Assembly: GCA_049303675.1 (NCBI GenBank)
Contig: JBAQNJ010000001.1
Coordinates: 278,994-342,993, forward strand
Direction: 5' to 3'
Source of the DNA: Microgenomates group bacterium
Lineage (GTDB): Bacteria; Patescibacteriota; Microgenomatia; UBA12405
DNA length: 64,000 bases
In this document: one piece after another, positions 57,306 through 64,000 of the stretch
How positions within the stretch are numbered: position 1 is the stretch's first letter
Layout of the letters: each line of letters opens with the position of its first letter
Notes under the pieces: model-generated
The model's database searches: none
The model's input: only the letters and a program-made list of their open reading frames with translations
Told to the model about the DNA's origin: nothing
Program-made: the position numbers and the translations under genes

Positions 57306-57725
57306 ATGTTAAACTCTCTTATGTCCAAGTATGCAATACCACTTTTCATTTGTCTTATTCTTACAAGTCTTATCTATAGTCAGAAAAATAATTTTTCCTC
57401 GGGCAACCGCTATTACTCGACTTTGCAACAGTGGTATTCGTTTGCCCAAACAGGGGACTGGGTAAGTGCTGATCGTCTCGCCACTCGTCTTGATCCAGCC
57501 GACATTGCTCACTATCGTTCACTTTATCATCCCGACGAATTAAAAAAAGATATAAATACCCTGATGTTGGCGCCCCAAAAATCCGTCGAGGATTGGATAG
57601 AATTAGCCCGTATTCAGGCAATCTTAGGCAAAGGCAGTGAGTCACTCGAATCTTTGTCCCGGGCTCATTCTCTCGACCTCCTGCGCGACGACATTAGTCG
57701 TCTCTATTACCAGACCAAAAAATAA
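57306..57725 (+). CDS. Hypothetical secreted protein
   Basis: 139 aa, N-terminal hydrophobic segment. Confidence 0.35.
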   Translation: MLNSLMSKYAIPLFICLILTSLIYSQKNNFSSGNRYYSTLQQWYSFAQTGDWVSADRLATRLDPADIAHYRSLYHPDELKKDINTLMLAPQKSVEDWIELARIQAILGKGSESLESLSRAHSLDLLRDDISRLYYQTKK

Positions 57726-57771
57726 CTCCCAAAAGTTTTTACTTTTGTCTTTTGTTTTTAGGATTTAGAAT

Positions 57772-58488
57772 TTATTTATCTTTCTCTTCTTTCTTTTTCT
57801 CCTCCGCCTTCTTGGCATCATCTGCCGCCTTTTCTTCTTCTGTCTTTTGGTTCATAGCTGGGGCGACCACTACTTCAGTCGTCTCTTCTACTACTGGTTC
57901 GACTTCTACCTTAGGTTCTTCGACTTTGACCACTACTTGTTCTGGATCATTTTTAATTTCGATTTTACTTCGATCAACAATTAGGTCAGCTACCGTAATT
58001 TCTGAATCTAGGGTCACTAGTTTTGCCAAATCAACCTCAATTTTTTCTGGTAAATCAGTTGGTAGTGCTTCGACCTCAATTTCGTTCACTGCTTCCACCA
58101 GTACATTTCCTAGTTTTACTGCCTCCGATTCGCCCACAAATTCAATCGGGACGAAGGTGGTAATCTTTTCTTTCAGGTTCACTTTATAACAGTCAATATG
58201 AGTCATTAGTCCGGTGACAGGGTGATATTGGGGGTTACGGAACAATATTGGCAATGCTTTTCCATCTAGTTCTAGTTCTACTAGTCCTGATTCTCCCGCA
58301 TGGGCAAAAATTGCGGCCATTTCTTTTTCATTTATTTGAATTGAAACAGGTTCAAATCCGTGTCCATAGACACTTGAGGGCATTAATCCCTGTTTGCGTA
58401 GTTGGCGGACTTTTTTACCAGTAATTGTTCGGACACTAGCGGACAGTTTTGATTTTTCTTTGGTCATATTATTCTTGGAAGCCTTCAC
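57772..58488 (-). CDS. rplY: 50S ribosomal protein L25/general stress protein Ctc
   Basis: RTITGKKVRQLRKQGLMPSSVYGHG...; Lys/Glu-rich C-terminal extension. Confidence 0.8.
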   Translation of the reverse strand: MKASKNNMTKEKSKLSASVRTITGKKVRQLRKQGLMPSSVYGHGFEPVSIQINEKEMAAIFAHAGESGLVELELDGKALPILFRNPQYHPVTGLMTHIDCYKVNLKEKITTFVPIEFVGESEAVKLGNVLVEAVNEIEVEALPTDLPEKIEVDLAKLVTLDSEITVADLIVDRSKIEIKNDPEQVVVKVEEPKVEVEPVVEETTEVVVAPAMNQKTEEEKAADDAKKAEEKKKEEKDK

Positions 58489-58579
58489 CCACTAACTCGG
58501 GGCTAACTCAACCATAGCAAGGACTGTGTCACGCCATAGCTTTGCGTCGGCGGACTGAGGCTATTCTAGCACAAATTAT

Positions 58580-58780
58580 TTATATTGTTATAGTAAAGAT
58601 TCCCCGTCCATATGTTTTTCTTGTATCTGTTTCTTCTTCTTTTTGAGGAGGAGTTACGTATCCCTCAGGCATTTCAACTCTTGCAGTTACTTGTGTTGAT
58701 ACAGGTGTAAAACCATCTTTCTTCACGATAGCTTTCCTCTCAGCAACTTTATTTGAAAATTCTTTCCATAATATCTTCAT
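58580..58780 (-). CDS. Hypothetical small protein
   Basis: 66 aa ORF. Confidence 0.25.
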   Translation of the reverse strand: MKILWKEFSNKVAERKAIVKKDGFTPVSTQVTARVEMPEGYVTPPQKEEETDTRKTYGRGIFTITI

Positions 58781-58805
58781 GTCCTATATTATATCATTTA
58801 TTTTT

Positions 58806-59426
58806 TTAATTACAATTCAGTGCCTTCTTGTATCCCGCCGCTATTGCCTCAGCTTCAGTGCAAAACCATTGATCTCCCAAGTCAGTTTCAATATCGGTAT
58901 TGGTATAACCCTTGCATTTTGGTAGCACAAATATTTTTTCATTTTCTCGATTATTACCCTTAATTAGGCACTTGGGATTATTCAGATTAGTCGTCTCTAC
59001 GCACTTTCCATAAATCCCTAACTTATTTTTTTCTGCCACATTATCAATTTCACTTATTTGCTTATTGTCACCCTGACTAACATATCTTACCCAGCCACTT
59101 CTGGCCATTTCTTCGTTGAGCATTTTATTGTCAATCCAAGCAGTTGTCAGTAGTCGTCCAAACTTATCATTTGTTTTCCCAACTATCTTTATCTTTTTAT
59201 TTAGAGTCAGCTTCTCCATTTCATTTTTTGCTTCTTCGAATCCACACAATCCTTTCTCTGGCGCGTCAATATTTGCGAGGCGTATTTCTTGGTTATTATC
59301 AACCACCAGTGTGTCTCCATCGATAACTCTTTGGACTGTATACAGCTTTTCCTTATTTATATTTTTTCCAATTCCTACTCCCACACCAATACATACCAAT
59401 ATTGCCAACACAACTTTCCAATTCAT
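58806..59426 (-). CDS. Thermonuclease (SNase-like) family protein, secreted
   Basis: YTVQRVIDGDTLVV...IRLANIDAPEK; N-terminal TM. Confidence 0.75.
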   Translation of the reverse strand: MNWKVVLAILVCIGVGVGIGKNINKEKLYTVQRVIDGDTLVVDNNQEIRLANIDAPEKGLCGFEEAKNEMEKLTLNKKIKIVGKTNDKFGRLLTTAWIDNKMLNEEMARSGWVRYVSQGDNKQISEIDNVAEKNKLGIYGKCVETTNLNNPKCLIKGNNRENEKIFVLPKCKGYTNTDIETDLGDQWFCTEAEAIAAGYKKALNCN

Positions 59427-59429
59427 ACT

Positions 59430-59693
59430 CTAGTACACCTCCTCATGTTTGCCAATTTTTAATAAATATATAGTACCTTTTTCAATTGACAACAAAATTC
59501 TGATTGATTTATTAACTGAAATTGAATACCATTTTGTTCCTGACAACTTATGCAGCCTGAGGCTTGGATGATCTACATCATGTTCGAGAAGATCTACTAT
59601 TTTTCTAATTTTAACTACATACTTTCGATTGTGTCGAGTTAAATTTCGAAGCTGCTGATCAAATTTGTTTCCGAATACAATTTTGTACACCAA
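59430..59693 (-). CDS. Type II toxin, RelE/ParE superfamily
   Basis: 87 aa; ...HPSLRLHKLSGTKWYSISVNKSIRIL... Confidence 0.55.
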   Translation of the reverse strand: MVYKIVFGNKFDQQLRNLTRHNRKYVVKIRKIVDLLEHDVDHPSLRLHKLSGTKWYSISVNKSIRILLSIEKGTIYLLKIGKHEEVY

Positions 59694-59699
59694 CTAACA

Positions 59700-59936
59700 C
59701 TATAGACTCTTGAAATAGTTGTCAATATCTTTCTTGTTTTTTAATACAAAGCCCTTACCAGCCTTCCTCTCAGCTTTTGCTTCTGACAATAATTGATCAA
59801 GCTCTGACTCCATCAAAGTTTTTCGTAGTGATGATCTAACCAGATCACTAAACGAGGCATAATAGCCCTTTTCTATTTCTTTTTCAGCCAAAGTCTTTAA
59901 TGCCTTCGGTAGCGATATATTAATTGTACTAATCAT
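59700..59936 (-). CDS. Type II antitoxin (RHH/ParD-like)
   Basis: 78 aa immediately upstream of toxin; INISLPKALKTLAEKEIEKGYYASFSDLVR. Confidence 0.5.
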   Translation of the reverse strand: MISTINISLPKALKTLAEKEIEKGYYASFSDLVRSSLRKTLMESELDQLLSEAKAERKAGKGFVLKNKKDIDNYFKSL

Positions 59937-59954
59937 GTATGAATATTAGCATAA

Positions 59955-59982
59955 TTGACACATGAAGACAATGTGTTACAAT
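59955..59982 (+). promoter_or_regulatory. Sigma70-like promoter TTGACA-16-TGTTACAAT
   Basis: ttgaca(59955-60) 16-nt spacer tgt tacaat(59977-82); drives small transcript ending at terminator 60077-60105. Confidence 0.55.
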
Positions 59983-59988
59983 ATCCCA

Positions 59989-60060
59989 ATGAAATTAAAC
60001 ATCTCTACAATCTGGTGGCGAGAATCTAGCCCAAGTGCGGGAGATATTAATTTGTCATAA
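59989..60060 (+). other. Leaderless 23-codon small ORF / small RNA candidate
   Basis: ATG at predicted TSS; MKLNISTIWWRESSPSAGDINLS*; bounded by promoter and terminator. Confidence 0.35.
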
Positions 60061-60076
60061 GTTCTAGTTTTTCCAA

Positions 60077-60105
60077 AAATATCAATCCCGCAACTGCGGG
60101 ATTTT
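60077..60105 (+). terminator. Intrinsic terminator
   Basis: aatcccgcaactgcgggatttttttt. Confidence 0.7.
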
Positions 60106-60184
60106 TTTTCGTTTAAATAGGTCTAAATTTCAAACGAAGTGAAAAAATTTTGCCTATTTACACAATCCGCCTCTGGCGGAGTTT

Positions 60185-60257
60185 GGGTGGATAGTTCAGT
60201 TGGTTAGAATGCTGGTCCCCAAAACCGGCGACAATGGTTCAAGTCCATTTCCACCCA
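60185..60257 (+). tRNA. tRNA-Trp(CCA)
   Basis: Acceptor GGGTGGA/TCCACCC, anticodon stem CTGGT/ACCGG, loop CCCCAAA (anticodon CCA; C at 33), T-arm AATGG-TTCAAGT-CCATT, discriminator A. Confidence 0.7.
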
Positions 60258-60259
60258 CT

Positions 60260-61222
60260 ATGATTAATTATAATCTGACAGTAGATAGGATAAAAAACAG
60301 CCTGCAAAACGGGAGATGTTTCTATGGTGAAACCTATGATTCTCATGGCATGACAATTGACTCTCTAAAGTACTATTTTTTCTTATCTCTACTACATCTG
60401 ATATTAGCTAAATCAAATATCAAAACTGAGTCGACGGTGATAATCGCCGATATTGCCTCGGGTATCAACAAATCTAGTCAAAAAATAAATTGCGATATAG
60501 ATGAGGTGGGGAAAAATCGTCTAGATTATTGTGAAAAAATAAAAAAATATTTTAATTTACCTATCAAGTTTGTTTTAATGAGCAACTTTTTTGCCACCAA
60601 TCCCATTGCAAAACTAGTTGAACAATTCGAAAATGTTGGTCATAGCAACCCCAAAGTGACTGAACTTTTAGCAAAAACAGTACTCCAAAATAAAATTAAA
60701 CAAGAAAATGATTCGGGCTTTCGTTATGGTTATGAAGAAATTGCTACCGGATCATTTTTTAATATCAAAATTGGCCCACCGCGAGAAAAATATTACGACC
60801 AAGCCGCCAAAATTATTTGCAAAAAATTAAAACTGAATCAATTAAAAAGTATTTATCTGACACCCACGTTTCCTTTGGGTCAAGATTTTTCCTATTTCCT
60901 AACTCACCCCGAAATAGAAGAATTTGGACTTACACCATACAAAGCCGGTAGTAACCAAATGCAGGATTTCAGAATAACTATAAATACAACCACGATAGAA
61001 AAAGTTGAGCAACTAATCAACGATACTTACATCACTACTAATCCAAATTTACCAAATCCAATATTTGATTTACTGTTTATTGCCAATATGGCAGAAAAGT
61101 TAAAAAACAAAGAATATGAGTTTCCAGTTTACAAAAATAATATTTATATAAATCCAAAAAAACTAAAGAGTTTTGCTTTCCAGAAAATAACTAGGTTATT
61201 GATTGATCTAAAAAATCTATGA
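60260..61222 (+). CDS. Hypothetical protein
   Basis: ORF track 60200..61222 overlaps tRNA; first ATG after tRNA at 60260. Confidence 0.4.
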   Translation: MINYNLTVDRIKNSLQNGRCFYGETYDSHGMTIDSLKYYFFLSLLHLILAKSNIKTESTVIIADIASGINKSSQKINCDIDEVGKNRLDYCEKIKKYFNLPIKFVLMSNFFATNPIAKLVEQFENVGHSNPKVTELLAKTVLQNKIKQENDSGFRYGYEEIATGSFFNIKIGPPREKYYDQAAKIICKKLKLNQLKSIYLTPTFPLGQDFSYFLTHPEIEEFGLTPYKAGSNQMQDFRITINTTTIEKVEQLINDTYITTNPNLPNPIFDLLFIANMAEKLKNKEYEFPVYKNNIYINPKKLKSFAFQKITRLLIDLKNL

Positions 61223-62385
61223 ATAGCCCACAGGCAATTGCCCAATCACATCAAGAATATCAATCTAAATTAACTATCAAGAAAAAAATTGGGGATTATT
61301 ACTTGGATCAAACCACCAAAAATGGTCTCTCTAGCCTTGATAAAATTAAGGCCTATTTACCTCTTGATCTACAGCCACTTCATTTTCGACGCAGCATCGC
61401 TATCGCCCATCTTGATCTTGAACCAATCATCGAAAAAATTGCCAAGAATCAGGAGTTTGTTATTGTTTCCGGTCTCAATCCGTCTTCTCCCTTACACCTC
61501 GGTCATAAGGCCCTGTTTGATTTACTCCTAAGTTTACAAGGACTAGGAGCCAGAGTATTTATTCCTCTGACCAACGACGAGTCGCTAGTTGATGGTAAGG
61601 TTAGTTCTTTGGCTCAGAGTCTAAACATTGCCAAAACCTCAATTCTCCCCGACATTATCAATTTTGGATTTGATCCGGACAAAACCCATATTTTTATTGA
61701 CTCCGAATATCCCCAGCTCTACAACTTCGCTATGTATCTCAGCCAACATATTTCCTTTGGACAACTTCGTCAAGTCTTTGGTGACGATTCACTGACTACT
61801 CCTGGCCAAATTTTTTATCGTGGAGTCGTTCAAATGGCGCAGATCCTGTTACCCCAACTCCCTGAATTTGGTGGTCCAAAAGTGACTTTGATTCCAGTTG
61901 GTATTGACCAGCACCCATATATATTATTGGCTCGTGATGTTGCCAAAAAAATTGGTATGATTCCACCGTCTGAGTTGGTTATTAGATTCTTGCCTAGCTT
62001 ACTAGGGCCAGAAGATAAAATGTCGGCATCAAAACCAAACACTGCTATTTACCTTAGTGACACTCCAGAGGCAATTCACAAAAAAATTAGTCGAGCCTAT
62101 ACCGGTGCTGTTTCAGCCCTTGATGTATATCAAGAACGGGGTGGTATTCCCGAAATATGCTCAGTTTTTACTCTTCTAAATTTTCATCATCCCGACGGTG
62201 TATTTGTCGAAAATATTAAACAAAGTTATTTGCATGGTCTTATTACCATGTCTGAGTTGAAAGAACTTACAACAGCTTTTATTACCGAATTAGTCACCCG
62301 CCACCAGCAAAAAAGCCCGCCTACCTCTGATCAAATCAATAAGTACATTTTAACTACACCATTAAAATCACTTTTAACCCTATGA
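61219..62385 (+). CDS. trpS: Tryptophan--tRNA ligase, archaeal/eukaryotic type
   Basis: Class I HIGH variant SPLHLGH and KMSAS (EDKMSASKP) as in archaeal/eukaryal TrpRS; adjacent tRNA-Trp. Confidence 0.7.
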   Translation: MNSPQAIAQSHQEYQSKLTIKKKIGDYYLDQTTKNGLSSLDKIKAYLPLDLQPLHFRRSIAIAHLDLEPIIEKIAKNQEFVIVSGLNPSSPLHLGHKALFDLLLSLQGLGARVFIPLTNDESLVDGKVSSLAQSLNIAKTSILPDIINFGFDPDKTHIFIDSEYPQLYNFAMYLSQHISFGQLRQVFGDDSLTTPGQIFYRGVVQMAQILLPQLPEFGGPKVTLIPVGIDQHPYILLARDVAKKIGMIPPSELVIRFLPSLLGPEDKMSASKPNTAIYLSDTPEAIHKKISRAYTGAVSALDVYQERGGIPEICSVFTLLNFHHPDGVFVENIKQSYLHGLITMSELKELTTAFITELVTRHQQKSPPTSDQINKYILTTPLKSLLTL

Positions 62386-62610
62386 ACCAGATACCCGAAT
62401 CTTTAAACAATAATTCAGACCAAAGGAGGCCTCTAGGTGAACTTCCTCACCAGAGGTTAGTTTGGTGAAACTCCATCACAAAGAAGGTTTATCACTTGCT
62501 TATCCCAATCGCCACTCCAAGTTCTTGACCAAGGTGCTGGCGATCAGCGAATTATCAAACATTTAGATAGAGTCGTCCCTCCTGCCGAGTTTCCCAAAAA
62601 AGAGGCTGAG

Positions 62611-63510
62611 GTGTTGGGCAAGTTTTTAAGTCAAAATCAAACGCATCTTTCTGCTATCGATTTAGGTGGAGTATCTCAAGCAGTAGATATCACCAAAAAA
62701 CTAGTCGCTACACCGTCGCTAGTAAAAAATACAAAAATAATTACTGTCTTTGGCGCTACCGAAGCCACACCTCTTCGGGCTCTAGCTTACCCAATCCCTG
62801 CCCTTAAGTTGGCCACGGAAATTGGAGCAGTAAATCATCAGCTTCTTCCTCAGGTTGAATTTATTTTTATGTCAGAGGCAGGAGTTTTAGCCAATGGACT
62901 CGATAGATCCAAAGTTCATCAAGAAAGGGATCTTCTGCAGAAACTAATCAAAGGCTACGTCGACGAATTTCATCCCTTACTTTCTAGTCATGTCAATTTT
63001 TCCAATGACGACAGTTTCACCCCTCAAGTCATTGCCTCATCTAGTTTCAAGAACTTAACTGATGTTCTCCAAAGTTCAAATGCTGTTAATGATTTATCCA
63101 GAATGGGCACTAGTCATGGCGGTACCAATAACTCCCTAAAATACGGTGTTCTTCACTCTTACGTCCACGACCTTGTCTTGGACGATTCAAATGTCGATCT
63201 ACTCATATCTCTCGGTGCCCAGCCCGAAAGACATTTTTACAAGACAAGACAAGTCCTCAAGCCACATCTTCCATCAGTTGATGGCTTTCGACCTGTAAAG
63301 ACAATTCAATATCTGAGTTCATTTAATGTTCCCCCTTACCAGCCATTGGCAAGTGGCGACCCTACGTTACGTCAAGTTATCAATGACTTTAATAATGTCG
63401 ATTTTGATGATCTTCAAACTCCGGTCCGACAAGCCATAAATTTATTGGCCAAGGATACATCAGGATATTCTACTCTCGCTAACTTTCTCAAAGAAAATCA
63501 AAATATTTAA
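62611..63510 (+). CDS. Hypothetical protein
   Basis: 299 aa ORF. Confidence 0.35.
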   Translation: MLGKFLSQNQTHLSAIDLGGVSQAVDITKKLVATPSLVKNTKIITVFGATEATPLRALAYPIPALKLATEIGAVNHQLLPQVEFIFMSEAGVLANGLDRSKVHQERDLLQKLIKGYVDEFHPLLSSHVNFSNDDSFTPQVIASSSFKNLTDVLQSSNAVNDLSRMGTSHGGTNNSLKYGVLHSYVHDLVLDDSNVDLLISLGAQPERHFYKTRQVLKPHLPSVDGFRPVKTIQYLSSFNVPPYQPLASGDPTLRQVINDFNNVDFDDLQTPVRQAINLLAKDTSGYSTLANFLKENQNI

Positions 63511-63527
63511 ATGTTAAACTTCATCAT

Positions 63528-64000
63528 ATGATCGAACCAATTGTTCTTCAAAATAATCAAACACTCGCAAAACTTGGCATTGAATATACCAACCTCGAGC
63601 ATCCACCCATCAAAGAAATCTTTGATTGTATGCGTTTTCTTGGTCTGCCCATTTCCGAAGGTTTTTCCACCCTTATCATGAAGGCTGATGATCGCTATGT
63701 GGCCATCATCCGTCGCGATGATTGTAAATTAGACTTAAACAAAGCCTGTAAGGTAATTGGCTGCTCCAAATTAAATTTAGCATCCCCCGACGAGTTTGAA
63801 GCCTTAACCCACTTACCTTCCGGAGCCGCTTTCGTCGTTAATTCAGGAATAAAAACATATCTCGACCAAAAGCTATTCGATAAAGAATACCTAATTGGTG
63901 GATCAGGCAGTTTGTCAGTCAGTAACAAATACCGTTCCGTTGACCTCAAAAAAATACCCGACAGCATCATTGTCGATATTGCTGATATTAAGGCAAAACA
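63528..64000 (+). CDS. YbaK/ProX-type aminoacyl-tRNA deacylase domain protein (3' partial)
   Basis: Open frame from ATG 63528 to window end: MIEPIVLQNNQTLAKLGIEYTNLEHPP...KADDRYVAIIRRDDCKLDLNKA...GGSGSL; not in ORF track (no stop). Confidence 0.55.
   Translation, partial: MIEPIVLQNNQTLAKLGIEYTNLEHPPIKEIFDCMRFLGLPISEGFSTLIMKADDRYVAIIRRDDCKLDLNKACKVIGCSKLNLASPDEFEALTHLPSGAAFVVNSGIKTYLDQKLFDKEYLIGGSGSLSVSNKYRSVDLKKIPDSIIVDIADIKAK

Noticed and set aside
60001-60045. TGGTGGCGAGAATCTAGCC looked like an inverted tRNA 3' end (..GCCACCA)
   Set aside because: No cloverleaf can be drawn (no T-loop or anticodon arm). The segment is better explained as part of the promoter-terminator small transcript.
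63695-63970. Minus-strand ORF 63695..63970
   Set aside because: It is antisense to a well-supported YbaK/ProX-domain frame that is open to the window end.
1-64000. Possible stop-codon reassignment (UGA as Gly or Trp, as in some CPR lineages)
   Set aside because: Conserved genes (gap, metK, murA, recF, PBP) end at ordinary TAA/TAG/TGA stops at the expected lengths and Trp is encoded by TGG, so the standard code fits.

Overview
This 64-kb window is AT-rich (about 37% GC), gene-dense and appears to use the standard genetic code. The small, often membrane-anchored proteins, the unlinked 16S rRNA and several archaeal-type translation components point to a reduced-genome bacterium, most likely from the Candidate Phyla Radiation (Patescibacteria).

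Features I can support from the sequence:
- Two tandem PBP1A genes. The first (1..2013, minus strand) runs off the window start and is absent from the ORF track.
- A membrane glycosyltransferase locus (GT2-like, PMT_2/ArnT-like GT-C, a small membrane protein, a WecA/MraY-like GT4) with a divergent nucleotidyltransferase.
- A co-directional sugar-phosphate cluster on the minus strand: rpiB, pgk, gap and an Rpe-like TIM-barrel gene.
- Housekeeping genes including recF, nrdR, cdd, xth, uppS, murA, smpB, metK, rnhA, tsaD, a tsaC-tsaE fusion, rplY, an archaeal-type tpiA and an archaeal/eukaryotic-type trpS.
- A 16S rRNA gene with its own intrinsic terminator and no downstream 23S.
- A class-I-like tRNA-Tyr(GUA) with a C1:G72 pair, and a tRNA-Trp(CCA).
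- A candidate tmRNA on the minus strand (39247..39678) with tag ANAVKGALASKAPVWALA.
- Two type II toxin-antitoxin pairs, a TrbC/VirB2-like pilin pair divergent from a SpoIID/LytB protein, and VanW, LemA/TPM, PHP, NUDIX and HD proteins.

The most unusual content is a set of short repeat families concentrated in the 29-56 kb half of the window:
- A 35-45 nt hairpin element with nine copies between 31.8 and 56.2 kb. It lies in intergenic DNA and also in-frame inside tsaD, the TsaE domain, the VanW N-terminus and a hypothetical ORF, and its inner hairpin shows compensatory variation between copies.
- A 14-mer AACTGTTCACTGAT tandem unit inserted in-frame in pgk and in the TsaE domain, encoding SEQL(S/T)VNS in both.
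- (ACTTTTT)n heptamer tracts at the 5' ends of two secreted cell-wall genes.
- A 36-nt AT-rich repeat shared by the comF coding region and the SBP gene 3' end, and a perfect 36-bp duplication of the tpiA start.

The tRNA-Tyr locus is rearranged. A GIY-YIG ORF sits between a complete tRNA copy and partial copies of its 5' and 3' parts, each partial copy fused to the same GC hairpin. A paralogous GIY-YIG gene lies next to the tmRNA candidate. A promoter- and terminator-bounded small transcript or 23-codon ORF lies divergent from one toxin-antitoxin pair.

All coordinates and protein calls come from reading the sequence and translations by hand; none was checked with search tools.
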